The notes: generated by a model not told the origin, from the sequence alone. A DNA stretch of 64,000 bases from Candidatus Dojkabacteria bacterium (GCA_030834985.1 JAUQWV010000002.1:4435-68434); one strand, 5' to 3'; counted from the first letter of the stretch, positions 29,064 through 39,250 are shown. Made by a program: numbers and translations.

Positions 29064-31023
29064 ATTTTTCAATTTTCTAGAACAATCGATTTATCGGATT
29101 CGAGACATCTTTTGGGACTATCCCGAAAAACTATTCGGTGAAAGATCACTAAGAACAAACCTTATAGCTTTGTACCAGATCTCAGTACCTTACTCGCACT
29201 TTGTTATTGCATTTGCTACTTTTGCTCTAATATTTGTTACTTTTAGCGATACTCACTATAAAGCCATAATCAACAATCCTAACAAAGTTTTAGTTGAAGC
29301 TGTTGTAATGGGAGTAGATTCAGAAGGAAGAATTCAAAGAATCAATAAAGTAAATCCAATTCTTCCAACAAATATTCAGCTTGAAAAAGACCTTGTAGAT
29401 TTGATTTATGAACCTTTAATTAAGTACGAATATATTGATAAAGGTAATGATACATGGGAGCCTCAAGTTATTAATGTGTTAGCAAATGATGTAATTAGAA
29501 TTAAAGAAGGATCAGACTATCAATTTAATCTAAAAAGAGGTGTTAGATGGCATGATGATCGTGAATTTACTGCTGATGATGTAATAGCTACCTTAAATTT
29601 AGTTGCAAGCTTAAATCGGACAGATAACGCATATATTAGAGCTATCAAGCAAATGAGATGGGAAAAGGTGAGTGATTACTCAATTCGTCTTTGTACAAAA
29701 GGCTCAGATCAACAGGCAACTTGCAACGAGAGCCAGGATAATCCAATTTTTTCTAACTTTCTTGAACTAGTAAGCATTAGAATTGCTCCTGCTCATAAAA
29801 TCAGTACATTAACCGAAGTTCAAGTTAATAACTCGGATGCAGATATCTTTAGATCTCCTGTAGGAACAGGAAAGTATAAATTTTATTCAGCAGATAATGC
29901 CAGTGTTACACTTGTAAAAAATCCTGACTATATTTATGCTGTAGATCATCCTCAGCCTCAAATTTCTACAATCAGATTTAAATATTATAAAACTTTAGAA
30001 GAAGCTGTTAAATCAATAAAAAATGGAGAATCTCATAGTTTAGCAAGCATATCAGTTGAATATAAAACAGATTTGGAAAAAACAACAAATGTTGATATTA
30101 ATTTAAGCCCTGTTCTAGATAATCAATATTGGGGGTTATATTTCAATTTAAAAAAAGACCCTGATGGAAACTCAAAAGGTCCTAAGTTCTTTCAGGATGT
30201 TCAAGTACGAAGAGCAATTTCTGCTGCAATAAGCCGATACGAGATAATAGAAAATGCATTATTAGGTGTAGGAGATGAATCCTTTGGCCCAATCACGCAA
30301 AAATCAGAATTCTTTAATAAGAATGCCGGCTGGGAAACTTATGATCCGGAAAAAGCAAAAAGGCTTTTAGATGAAGCCGGATGGAGCTTAAAAGGCAGTA
30401 GTAAAATAAGAACAAACGATCTAGGTGAGGAAATGGTATTCTCGCTTTATTTTGTGAATAGTTATGACAGGTTGAATGTTGCGCGGGTAATTCAAAAAAA
30501 TCTGGAAGATATTGGAATTAGAGCAATTATAGATAGAAGGCAGATGCCTGGCCAAGATTCTTCAAGCGAAGCTCCATCCGGCTGGAGTTTGGATGAAATA
30601 AATAGGGAAGTTCTTGCTCCAAGATCCTTTGATGCAATTTTGTACGGTATGAATACTTTTATAGATCCTGATAGATATGAACTATTTCATAGCTCTCAGT
30701 CAGTAGATCCTGGATTAAATATTGCTAGCTATATAGGTTCAGCTGAAACAATACAGGTAAAGGAAAGTCAGCTGGAAAGGCTACCAAGAATAGACAGGCT
30801 TTTAGAGGTAACTAGAACTTTTGATCCCTTACAGGCTAAAAGTGAGCGTCTTCGAAACTACTTAGATATACAAACGCTAATTGCCGAAGACGCTCCCGTA
30901 GTCTTCTTATACCATCCGCAGTTTATTTACTATGCAAATACAAATGTAAGCCACGTAGACTTATCGAATGTAGCAAGTGTAGAAGATAGATTCCGCAATA
31001 TTGAAAACTGGGAGATAAAATAA
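29056..31023 (+). CDS. Extracellular solute-binding protein, family 5 (Opp/Dpp-like peptide/nickel SBP), N-terminally membrane-anchored
   Basis: It has an N-terminal TM. The motif NLKRGVRWHDDREFTADDVIATLNLVAS and overall length match SBP_bac_5 proteins. Confidence 0.65.
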   Translation: MPKFFNFLEQSIYRIRDIFWDYPEKLFGERSLRTNLIALYQISVPYSHFVIAFATFALIFVTFSDTHYKAIINNPNKVLVEAVVMGVDSEGRIQRINKVNPILPTNIQLEKDLVDLIYEPLIKYEYIDKGNDTWEPQVINVLANDVIRIKEGSDYQFNLKRGVRWHDDREFTADDVIATLNLVASLNRTDNAYIRAIKQMRWEKVSDYSIRLCTKGSDQQATCNESQDNPIFSNFLELVSIRIAPAHKISTLTEVQVNNSDADIFRSPVGTGKYKFYSADNASVTLVKNPDYIYAVDHPQPQISTIRFKYYKTLEEAVKSIKNGESHSLASISVEYKTDLEKTTNVDINLSPVLDNQYWGLYFNLKKDPDGNSKGPKFFQDVQVRRAISAAISRYEIIENALLGVGDESFGPITQKSEFFNKNAGWETYDPEKAKRLLDEAGWSLKGSSKIRTNDLGEEMVFSLYFVNSYDRLNVARVIQKNLEDIGIRAIIDRRQMPGQDSSSEAPSGWSLDEINREVLAPRSFDAILYGMNTFIDPDRYELFHSSQSVDPGLNIASYIGSAETIQVKESQLERLPRIDRLLEVTRTFDPLQAKSERLRNYLDIQTLIAEDAPVVFLYHPQFIYYANTNVSHVDLSNVASVEDRFRNIENWEIK

Positions 31024-31161
31024 CTTTCTAAAAATTTCTTCAAAAATCTAATTCAGCTAATTAAAAGCTACATTCTTTATCTGTCGGCCTCTACAACTGT
31101 CGTATACCATTATTGATATCTTAAAGTTCCATATTCAACCAATATTTAGCAATAAATGTTG

Positions 31162-31190
31162 TTGACATAGTTTTTTATAGCTTTTAATAT
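31162..31190 (+). promoter_or_regulatory. Sigma70-type promoter upstream of mraZ (TTGACA-17 nt-TAATAT)
   Basis: A consensus -35 TTGACA (31162-31167) and a -10 TAATAT (31185-31190) are separated by a 17-nt spacer. Confidence 0.6.
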
Positions 31191-31192
31191 AA

Positions 31193-31217
31193 GTGGTAGA
31201 AAGTGGTAAAAAGTGGA
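31193..31217 (+). promoter_or_regulatory. Candidate MraZ operator: three direct GTGG(T/A) repeats phased at exactly 10 bp
   Basis: The sequence is GTGGTagaaaGTGGTaaaaaGTGGA, starting 3 nt after the -10 hexamer. This mirrors the known arrangement of MraZ-box direct repeats just downstream of Pmra. Confidence 0.55.
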
Positions 31218-31302
31218 AACACCAGGAAACAAACTTTGCACTAAAAAATTGAACTTTTAACTGTTTCTACTGCTTTAACTTCCACAATTTACTACCGACA
31301 AA

Positions 31303-31728
31303 ATGTTAATAGGCGAGTATTTAACAACTTTAGGAGATAAGAACCGAGTTGGTATACCAAAGCGGCTCCGAGATAACTTAAACGGGAAGGTCTATATAAC
31401 CCGCGGATACGAACAATGCTTAATAATGGTTGATTCAGAACGTTGGGATTATCTCGTAGACGAAATAAATAAAAGTCCGTTGTTGTCTTTGAACGTCAGA
31501 GATACCAAAAGATTTATTATCGGAGGAGCAACTGAAGTTGAATATGACTCATTGGGAAGGTTTGTAATCCCAGAAAGCCTAAAAGCGTTTGCCAAAATCG
31601 ACCAAAAAATAGTTTTTTTAGGAGTAGGGGAATGGGCTGAGATTTGGAGTGAAGAGAGATGGCAAGAGAAGTTGAATGATTTAAATAAAAATGTAGCCGA
31701 TTTGGCAGAAAGACTAAGCTCAAAATGA
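31303..31728 (+). CDS. mraZ: Transcriptional regulator MraZ
   Basis: It is a 141-aa protein with two SpoVT/AbrB-like halves (LGDKNRVGIPKRLRDNL and DSLGRFVIPESLKAF) and is the first gene of the dcw cluster. Confidence 0.9.
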   Translation: MLIGEYLTTLGDKNRVGIPKRLRDNLNGKVYITRGYEQCLIMVDSERWDYLVDEINKSPLLSLNVRDTKRFIIGGATEVEYDSLGRFVIPESLKAFAKIDQKIVFLGVGEWAEIWSEERWQEKLNDLNKNVADLAERLSSK

Positions 31729-32693
31729 TACATAAAGCTGTTTTATTAAAAGAATTAACAGATTGCCTAGAAGTAAGAAAGGGCGGAATTTATGTTGATT
31801 TAACTTTGGGGGCAGGAGGCCATAGTCTAAAAATTTTAGAGGAATTAAAAGAAGGTACTTTAATAGGTTTTGATTTAAGTTTTAAAGCTATTGATCACTT
31901 TCATAAAAAGCTTGTGAAAGAAGGCTTTGAAGTAGCAAACGAAACAGAAAAACAAATTGAATTAAAAAAAGGTTCTTTAAAAATAATATTAGTAAATCGG
32001 AACTTTACTGATTTAGCTGATGTATTGTCTGAATTAAACATAAATTCCGCTAATGGAATTATTGCTGATTTAGGCTGGTCAAGCGATGAATTAACCGAAA
32101 TCGAAGGATTATCTTACGACTCAAACGTTGATGACTATTTAGATATGAGATTTGATAAATCATTAGCAGTAACTGCTGCAGATTTGTTGAATGCACTAGG
32201 TAGAAGTGAGCTTTCAAAGATGTTCGAAAGATATGCTGATGTTTACGGTAAATCAAATCAGAATTTAGTTAGTAATATTCTAACCTTTAGAAAAAAAGGA
32301 GCATTTAATAAAGTGCGCGACTTAAAACTAGTTATAGATCGAAGTTTTAAATTTAAACAATCGAATAGGTTTCAAAAAAACGAAGTATACAAAACGTATT
32401 CAAGAGTTTTTCAGGCTTTAAGAATAGCTGTTAACAGCGAATTGGTAAACCTTGAAAAGCTTTTAGAAAGTTCACTAGATTTGCTTGTCAAAAATGGATC
32501 AATGGGAATAATCACTTTTCATAGTGGTGAAGATAAAGTTATTGTTTCTTTTTTGGAAAGTAAATTAAGCCAAAACAAGGTTATGGTTACAAGCCAAAAT
32601 GGGGAAGATTTATTTATAAGACCAAGTGTAGAGGAGATAAAAGGCAATATAAGAGCCAGAAGTGCCAAATTATATATATTTAAAAAACTTTAA
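31725..32693 (+). CDS. rsmH: 16S rRNA (cytosine1402-N4)-methyltransferase RsmH/MraW
   Basis: It has HKAVLLKEL...GIYVDLTLGAGGHS and overlaps the mraZ stop by 4 nt. Confidence 0.85.
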   Translation: MIHKAVLLKELTDCLEVRKGGIYVDLTLGAGGHSLKILEELKEGTLIGFDLSFKAIDHFHKKLVKEGFEVANETEKQIELKKGSLKIILVNRNFTDLADVLSELNINSANGIIADLGWSSDELTEIEGLSYDSNVDDYLDMRFDKSLAVTAADLLNALGRSELSKMFERYADVYGKSNQNLVSNILTFRKKGAFNKVRDLKLVIDRSFKFKQSNRFQKNEVYKTYSRVFQALRIAVNSELVNLEKLLESSLDLLVKNGSMGIITFHSGEDKVIVSFLESKLSQNKVMVTSQNGEDLFIRPSVEEIKGNIRARSAKLYIFKKL

Positions 32694-32703
32694 AGACAAA
32701 TAT

Positions 32704-33018
32704 ATGAGCGAATATAAAAGCAAAAAAGACTTTCACAAACTAAATAGAATACTAACTATCTTGATTGTAGCTCTATTTATTGTATATGTAGGCTTACAGA
32801 TGGTTGTAACCTCTATGGTTGGTACAAAGAGTGAAGAAATTGATAATGTAAGAGCTCAAAAAGCTGAATTAAGGTTAGAAAACGAGATTTTGACTTCTAA
32901 AATTGACGGAGCCAGATCTTTAGATAATGCAAAGGATCTTCAAGAAAAATCTAATCTTGAAACTAAAAATGTAAACTTCTTAGAAAAAGCAGACGGTTCA
33001 AATGTTGCTTTGAATTAA
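32704..33018 (+). CDS. ftsL: FtsL-like cell-division protein (small bitopic, coiled-coil)
   Basis: Its position is between rsmH and ftsI. It has a single TM (ILTILIVALFIVYVGL) followed by a coiled-coil-like region. The start is taken at the internal ATG at 32704 (the track ORF begins at 32662 inside rsmH). Confidence 0.55.
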   Translation: MSEYKSKKDFHKLNRILTILIVALFIVYVGLQMVVTSMVGTKSEEIDNVRAQKAELRLENEILTSKIDGARSLDNAKDLQEKSNLETKNVNFLEKADGSNVALN

Positions 33019-33020
33019 TA

Positions 33021-34796
33021 ATGAATAACAATAACTTAGTAAAAAAAGTTAAAACTATTCATATAATCATCCTTATTTTCGGTTTTCTGCTTTTGTTGGC
33101 TACCTTTAGGTGGCAGGCAGTGGAAGCTTCAAGGATGAGCAAACTAGCACGAGAAAGGTCTTCAACTTCTGAAATTAATTCTGTACGAGGAACGGTTTAT
33201 TCAAGTGACGGTACTACTTTAGCTTACAGCGAACCTAGATTTGATATATTTATATGGATTAAAGATTTAGAATATTACGAGAGTTTGAAACTACAAACCA
33301 GAGATGAGTTTTTAAAGAAAGTAGCTCCAATAATTGAAATGACACCAGAAAAACTCCAGGCAACTATAGACGAATTTGTAAATAAAGGAATTTTATGGGT
33401 TCCTGTTAGTAAGGGTTTATCTGATCAGCAATGGAATGAGCTAAATAATTTAAAAGCAGATGCTTTTGATACACCATTGAAAGGCTTTCAGTTTGAAAAT
33501 AAATCTAAACGTATTTACCCTGAAAAAAGACTTGCCAGCCACCTTGTAGGCTTAACTAATGTAGTTAACGATAAAACAATAGGGCTTGGCGGAGTTGAAG
33601 AAAGCTGGAATGAAATACTAAATCCTATTAAAGGGGTTTTGGTTCAAGAAACGAATGCTAAAGGAGAAGCCATTGCAACTGCATTAACAGCTACAATTGA
33701 ACCTAAAAATGGAAGTGCTGTATATACATCAATCAATAAAAGACTTCAGGCAGTAGTTGAACAAAAGCTGAAAGATGGTGTAGAACAGTATCGAGCATTA
33801 TCAGCTTCTGCTGTGATCATGGATCCTAAAACAGGACAGATTATGGCTTTAGCTAATTATCCGGATTACGATCCTAATCAAAGAGAAGAAAAGGATCCAA
33901 ATGTTTATGGCAACAAAGCAATATCTTCTCCATATGAGATGGGTTCAATAGGTAAAGCGCTTACAATTTCGGCTGCGGTAGACTTAGGTAAAGTAGATGC
34001 TAATACTATTATTTTACCCAATGGGCACCAAGGCTGTGAAAAATTTACTGATGAGCTAGGACCTTTGTGTACCTGGGATAAGGTGCCGCAGCCGCCAATG
34101 CCTTTACGTGATTGCTTTGCTAAATCAGATAACATTTGTTTGTATCATGTGGCTAAAGAGTATCTTTCTACCGAGGAATTTCATAATTATTTAGTTAAAT
34201 TCGGAATTGGCCAAAGTACAGGTATTGATTTGGCAGGAGAATCGTATTGGCCACTTAAAGATGCACAGTACTTTAATATCGGTGATATAGCTGCTATGTC
34301 TTATGGTCATGGATATTTAGTTAATCTGGTACAAGCAGCTGACGCAATTTCTGCAATTGCAAATAATGGAGTTAGAATGAAGCCTTATGTAGTAACTAAA
34401 GTTATAGATAGTGACGGCAATGTAAGCGAATACAAACCTCAAATTATTGATACTGTTATAAGTAAAGAAACTTCTGACAGAATGTTAGAAATGATGAGAT
34501 ATAACTTTGAAAACTCTATTTACTATGGTGAGTGGTGGTATGAAGATTTGAAAAATTATGACCTAGGCGTTAAATCCGGTACCGCTTTAATTGCTACTCA
34601 AAGCGGATACTCAGAGGAAATAAATGCATCATTTATAGGTTTTGACCAATCGCCTCAAAGAACCTTTATTATGGCAATAAAGCTTGAAAAACCTCAGCTA
34701 CCTGAAGGTCAAAACCTTTCTGCTTATAACGTCCGTCCTTTATGGCTCGATACTTTTGCTGCAGTTAAAGACATTATCGGTGTTCCAAGAAAATAG
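33021..34796 (+). CDS. ftsI: Penicillin-binding protein 2/3-type transpeptidase (FtsI)
   Basis: It has an N-terminal TM, the SxxK motif (SIGK), an SxN-like motif and KSGT (the KTG-box equivalent), in the dcw position after ftsL. Confidence 0.85.
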   Translation: MNNNNLVKKVKTIHIIILIFGFLLLLATFRWQAVEASRMSKLARERSSTSEINSVRGTVYSSDGTTLAYSEPRFDIFIWIKDLEYYESLKLQTRDEFLKKVAPIIEMTPEKLQATIDEFVNKGILWVPVSKGLSDQQWNELNNLKADAFDTPLKGFQFENKSKRIYPEKRLASHLVGLTNVVNDKTIGLGGVEESWNEILNPIKGVLVQETNAKGEAIATALTATIEPKNGSAVYTSINKRLQAVVEQKLKDGVEQYRALSASAVIMDPKTGQIMALANYPDYDPNQREEKDPNVYGNKAISSPYEMGSIGKALTISAAVDLGKVDANTIILPNGHQGCEKFTDELGPLCTWDKVPQPPMPLRDCFAKSDNICLYHVAKEYLSTEEFHNYLVKFGIGQSTGIDLAGESYWPLKDAQYFNIGDIAAMSYGHGYLVNLVQAADAISAIANNGVRMKPYVVTKVIDSDGNVSEYKPQIIDTVISKETSDRMLEMMRYNFENSIYYGEWWYEDLKNYDLGVKSGTALIATQSGYSEEINASFIGFDQSPQRTFIMAIKLEKPQLPEGQNLSAYNVRPLWLDTFAAVKDIIGVPRK

Positions 34797-34840
34797 CTTC
34801 ATTTAAAAATTTTAAACATCTTATAGTATAATTATTACCT

Positions 34841-35743
34841 ATGCATCAAATACTCTTATACTACAAGTACGTAAATATCGAAGATCCTCAAGCTCTGTTA
34901 AATGAACAGAGAAGTTTTTGTGAGTCATTAAATCTGAAAGGTCGAATTATTCTATCAAAAGAAGGTATTAACGGTACTGTTGAGGGTTTAGCTGAAGATA
35001 CCCAAAAGTATATTAGTGTTATGCTGGCTGACACGCGCTTTAAAGATATGAACTTCAAAATTAGTGAAGGTACTGGAAATGCTTTCCCAAAGCTTTCTAT
35101 TAAGCTTAGAAATGAACTTGTAAGTGGGCATTTGGGCGAGGATGATGTTGACCCAAATGTAACTACCGGAAAATATATTACAGCCGAGCAACTTCATGAG
35201 CTCTTTAAATCAGGTGAGGAGTTTTACATTATTGATATGCGTAACGACTATGAACATAAAGTTGGCTATTTTAAAAACTCAATACTACCTGCTTTAAGTA
35301 ACTTTAGAGATTTACCTAAAATACTTGGAGATTTAGAGCACCTAAAGGATAAGAAAATTATAACGGTATGCACCGGAGGTGTAAGATGTGAAAAAGCCTC
35401 GGGATACTTAGTAAAAAAAGGTTTTAAATACGTATACCAGCTGCATAATGGAATAGTAACTTATATGGAAAAATATCCAAATGAAGACTTTTTAGGTAAG
35501 CTATATGTGTTTGATGGTAGAGTAGTAATGGGCTTTGATACAGAATCAGATAAACATGTAATTGTTTCTAACTGCGATAAGTGCGGTAAGCCGTCAGAAA
35601 ATTATGTAGACTGTGCATACAAGCATTGCAAAGGGCATAGACACTTTATATGCTGTACCAATTGCTATTCTGAAGATGGAAAGCCATACTGTAGTCAAGA
35701 ATGTTTTGAAAAATCCAGAGTTGAGATTAACGCTACAAGATAA
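34841..35743 (+). CDS. trhO: Rhodanese-domain tRNA uridine(34) hydroxylase TrhO (YceA/UPF0176) with C-terminal Cys-rich extension
   Basis: It has the characteristic N-terminus ILLYYKYVNIEDP...GRIILSKEGINGT, a rhodanese active-site Cys loop (CTGGVRCEKA) and a C-terminal CxxC...C...H...CC cluster. Confidence 0.8.
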   Translation: MHQILLYYKYVNIEDPQALLNEQRSFCESLNLKGRIILSKEGINGTVEGLAEDTQKYISVMLADTRFKDMNFKISEGTGNAFPKLSIKLRNELVSGHLGEDDVDPNVTTGKYITAEQLHELFKSGEEFYIIDMRNDYEHKVGYFKNSILPALSNFRDLPKILGDLEHLKDKKIITVCTGGVRCEKASGYLVKKGFKYVYQLHNGIVTYMEKYPNEDFLGKLYVFDGRVVMGFDTESDKHVIVSNCDKCGKPSENYVDCAYKHCKGHRHFICCTNCYSEDGKPYCSQECFEKSRVEINATR

Positions 35744-35871
35744 CTTAAGCTTAGATACAAAAGATCTTAGCTTGTATCGTAAAAGGTTTGAGGATTTTAA
35801 GACTTTATTTACAGCTGCCAAAAGACAACTATCTCCCGAAAGATTTAAAGATTTTATAGATCAGGAGTTTT

Positions 35872-36471
35872 TTAACTAAAGCTTACTTGAACGTTTTCTC
35901 GTTCTGCTGCATTTGCAACTTCAAAGAATTCTCTTACTTTAATTCCAAAAATTCCAGCAATAAAACTGTTTGGGAAAGTAACGATCTTTGCGTTTAAGTC
36001 GCGCACTGTACCGTTATAATATCTTCTTGCGCTTTCCAGGTCACCCTCAACTGTTTGTAAGGAGTTCTGGAGTGAGATAAAGTTTTCATTTGCTTTTAAT
36101 TCAGGGTAATTCTCTGCAACAGCAAATAAAGACTTTAGTGTTTCTCTTAACTCACCTTCATATTTACCAAGCTCTTCAGGAGTTTTAGCATTCATCATTC
36201 CACTTCTTAACTCTGCAACTTTTTCAAAAATAGCTGATTCGTGTTTAGCATATCCTTTAACTGTTTCAACAAGGTTAGGGATTAAATCAAATCGTTTCTT
36301 TAACTGAACATCGATTCCGCTCCAGCCTTCGTCAACTAAAACATTTTGTGTTCTTAAGGAGTTATATACACTTAAAACATAACCTCCAACAACAATAAGC
36401 GCTACTAATGCTATTCCGCAAACTATAAGAAATATTTCCATATCGGATTTGTAAGATGTAATTACAATCAA
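35872..36471 (-). CDS. lemA: LemA family protein
   Basis: It has an N-terminal TM plus the conserved LemA motifs (DVQLKKRFDLIPNLVETVKGYAKHE, ENYPELKANENFISLQNSL). Confidence 0.85.
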   Translation of the reverse strand: MIVITSYKSDMEIFLIVCGIALVALIVVGGYVLSVYNSLRTQNVLVDEGWSGIDVQLKKRFDLIPNLVETVKGYAKHESAIFEKVAELRSGMMNAKTPEELGKYEGELRETLKSLFAVAENYPELKANENFISLQNSLQTVEGDLESARRYYNGTVRDLNAKIVTFPNSFIAGIFGIKVREFFEVANAAERENVQVSFS

Positions 36472-38001
36472 TTATATATTATTTTCCTCAATTATCAATG
36501 ATTCCCCTGTCATGATGCTTGGTTTTTTAATTCCCATTAAATCTAGAATTGTAGGTGCAATGTCACTTAAGGTTTCTCTTCTATGCAGTTTGCAGTTTAG
36601 ATCTGAAACTAAAATAAAGGGTACAGGTGATGTAGTGTGCTGCGTATGCGGCTGTTTATTCTTATAATCCCACATAATGTCAGAGTTACCGTGATCTGCA
36701 GTAATTATCAAAGCATAATCAGTAAGCTTCTCTTTAATTGCTTCATGTATTTTTCCTAAACAGTAATCCACTGATTCAGCTGACACAACAGCCGCTTCAT
36801 AGTTGCCTGTATGGCCGACCATATCAGCGCTAGATAAGTTAGCAACAATAAAATCAAACTTATCTTGTATAATGGAATCAATAACCTCTTTAGTGATATC
36901 AAAATTCCTCATAGAAGGCTCAAAACTATAGATTGGTTTTACAAATCTATTAGATTCAAACATCTTCCAGGTTTCTAATGTAAACTCTTGTTCTCTTTCG
37001 CCATTTAGGAAAAAGGTCAAATGGGGGAATTTTTCAGTTTCAGTTACATGTAATTGGCTCTTCCCTGCTTTAGCAATAGTTTCAGCTAATGTATCTGTAA
37101 CTTTCTGTCTTGGAAAAGCAACCTTTACAGTCGTAAATTCTTCGCTTGCCTGAATAAAAGTAGTTATTTCAAAGTTCTTAAACTTTTCATCTAAAATTCT
37201 CCTAACAATCTGATAAAGTCTATCTGTTCTATAATGGTAGATAATTAAACCATCATTATCTTTTAACAATCCATTCTGATTTAGAATAAATTGCGGCAGC
37301 TGTTCATCTGTAGAGTAAGTAGCGTATGCTAAATTTAAAACTGCCTGCCAATCACTAATAGGGTTGCCCTCGCCCTTGGCAATTAACTTAAATGCTGTTT
37401 CTGTACGATCCCAATCTCTATCTCGATCTAAATAGGAACGTCCCTGTATTGTTGCAATTGATACATTAATATTTTTTAGTTTTATTAATGCTTTTTCAAG
37501 CTTCTGAAAATATTTGAAAGCAGATTTAGGAGCAACGTCTCTTCCATCGGTAAATACGTGTAAATAAATCTGCTGTTTAAACTTCTGTTTATTTAATAAC
37601 TTTAAGATTGCAATTAGATGATCAATATGAGTATGAACTCCGCCATCACTTAATATTCCAAGTAAATGTAAATGTGATTTATTCTTTTCAACATGTTTAA
37701 CTGTTTTTAAAATAGCTTCGTTATCGAAAAAGGATTTGTCTTCTATAGCCATGTTTATTCTTGGTAAATCCTGGAAAATAACTCTTCCGGCACCAATTGT
37801 TAAATGGTTAACTTCAGACGTGCCGAATTGACCTTCCGGTAAACCTACTGCTAAGCCGTCAGACTTTAATCGTGTGTTTGGATATTCTCTTACTAAGCGA
37901 TCAAAGTTAGGTGTTTTTGCATTTGCAATTGCATTAAATTTATTCTCAGGAGCTAGTCCCCATCCGTCCATTATTATCAAAACTACTTTTTTCTTTTTCA
38001 T
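36472..38001 (-). CDS. gpmI: 2,3-bisphosphoglycerate-independent phosphoglycerate mutase
   Basis: It has the N-terminus MKKKKVVLIIMDGWG and the metal-binding/phosphoserine region typical of iPGM, at full length 509 aa. Confidence 0.9.
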   Translation of the reverse strand: MKKKKVVLIIMDGWGLAPENKFNAIANAKTPNFDRLVREYPNTRLKSDGLAVGLPEGQFGTSEVNHLTIGAGRVIFQDLPRINMAIEDKSFFDNEAILKTVKHVEKNKSHLHLLGILSDGGVHTHIDHLIAILKLLNKQKFKQQIYLHVFTDGRDVAPKSAFKYFQKLEKALIKLKNINVSIATIQGRSYLDRDRDWDRTETAFKLIAKGEGNPISDWQAVLNLAYATYSTDEQLPQFILNQNGLLKDNDGLIIYHYRTDRLYQIVRRILDEKFKNFEITTFIQASEEFTTVKVAFPRQKVTDTLAETIAKAGKSQLHVTETEKFPHLTFFLNGEREQEFTLETWKMFESNRFVKPIYSFEPSMRNFDITKEVIDSIIQDKFDFIVANLSSADMVGHTGNYEAAVVSAESVDYCLGKIHEAIKEKLTDYALIITADHGNSDIMWDYKNKQPHTQHTTSPVPFILVSDLNCKLHRRETLSDIAPTILDLMGIKKPSIMTGESLIIEENNI

Positions 38002-38117
38002 TACAAGCTTTAGAATTAATATATATACCGGCTAATATACCACAAAGTATTCAACTCGATTAATATATCTGATATGATTTTCTAGAAAGAGTTTTTCAGA
38101 TTTAATATTTCTTCTAA

Positions 38118-39203
38118 ATGGTAAAAAAAATTGGAATTCTTAATGGAGGTGGTGATGTTCAGCCGATTAATGCTGTTATTGCTTCTATAGTTAAATCTGG
38201 TTCTAAAAGAGGATTTGAATTTATAGGTTTTGAACGAAGCTGGGAAGGCGTTTTAAATCCAATGCTTTACAGAACTCTAGATCAAAAATCAGTTAGAGGT
38301 ATAAGCCATGTTGGAGGAACAATTTTGGGTACAGTCAACAGAGGTAGATTTTCTGCTAAAAAAGGTGCAGGGGAAGTAAATAAGATACCAGACGACGTGT
38401 TGCAAGAAGCAAAAGCAAATTTAGAAAAAGTTGGTGTTGAAGCGTTAATTGTAATTGGAGGCGATGGAACGTTATCTGGCGCTCTTCAGTTAGCTGAGCT
38501 TGGCGTAAAAATCGTTGGTGTTCCAAAGACAATAGATAACGATTTAGATAGTACCGATAAAACTTTTGGATTTTCTACCGCAGTAGATATTGTAACTGAG
38601 GCTTTGGATAGGCTACATACTACGGCCACCAGCCACGACAGAGTTATTTTTGTTGAAGTTATGGGGCGAAACACTGGTTGGATTGCTGTTAATTCAGGTT
38701 TGGCTGGTGGCGCCGATATGATTTTGATTCCTGAAATACCGTTTGACTACAATAAAATTGTTGAATTCTTAAGAAAGCGTAAAGAAACAGGCTATAGAGC
38801 TAGTGTAGTAGTAGTTGCAGAGGGTGCTGCGCCTAAAAAAGGGTTAGTAACCTCTATGAAAGTAGGGGATACATTTGAAGTTAAACTAGGTGGAATATCT
38901 AATACGATAATCCAAAAAATAGAGGAGCTTGCCCCAGGCGAGTTTGAACTTAGGAATACAATATTGGGACATATTCAGCGTGGAGGCTCTCCTAATGCAG
39001 AAGATAGGATTTTAGCAAAAGAATATGGAGTTGCTGCTATGGATGCAGTTGAACGTGGTGATTTTGGAATGATGGTAAGCCTTAAAGGTGACCAAATTGT
39101 AACAGTCCCAATTGCAGAAGCTGTAAAGAAATTAAAACTTGTCACAACTGACAGCTTAACTGTTCAAACTGCTAAAAAAATCGGGGTATTCTTTGGGGAT
39201 TAA
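38118..39203 (+). CDS. pfkA: 6-phosphofructokinase
   Basis: GGDGT (IVIGGDGTLSGA), PKTIDNDL and MGR motifs are present. The ATP- versus PPi-dependence cannot be decided from sequence here. Confidence 0.85.
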   Translation: MVKKIGILNGGGDVQPINAVIASIVKSGSKRGFEFIGFERSWEGVLNPMLYRTLDQKSVRGISHVGGTILGTVNRGRFSAKKGAGEVNKIPDDVLQEAKANLEKVGVEALIVIGGDGTLSGALQLAELGVKIVGVPKTIDNDLDSTDKTFGFSTAVDIVTEALDRLHTTATSHDRVIFVEVMGRNTGWIAVNSGLAGGADMILIPEIPFDYNKIVEFLRKRKETGYRASVVVVAEGAAPKKGLVTSMKVGDTFEVKLGGISNTIIQKIEELAPGEFELRNTILGHIQRGGSPNAEDRILAKEYGVAAMDAVERGDFGMMVSLKGDQIVTVPIAEAVKKLKLVTTDSLTVQTAKKIGVFFGD

Positions 39204-39250
39204 ATATCTGCTAAACTAAATTAAATTTCTTATTTTTTAATAAGCCTACA

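Noticed and set aside
35613-35879. 88-aa plus-strand ORF overlapping the 3' end of trhO and running to the lemA stop
   Set aside because: About 130 nt overlap the TrhO coding frame, and the remainder fills the short convergent intergenic gap. It has no motif. It is more likely a spurious ORF than a gene.
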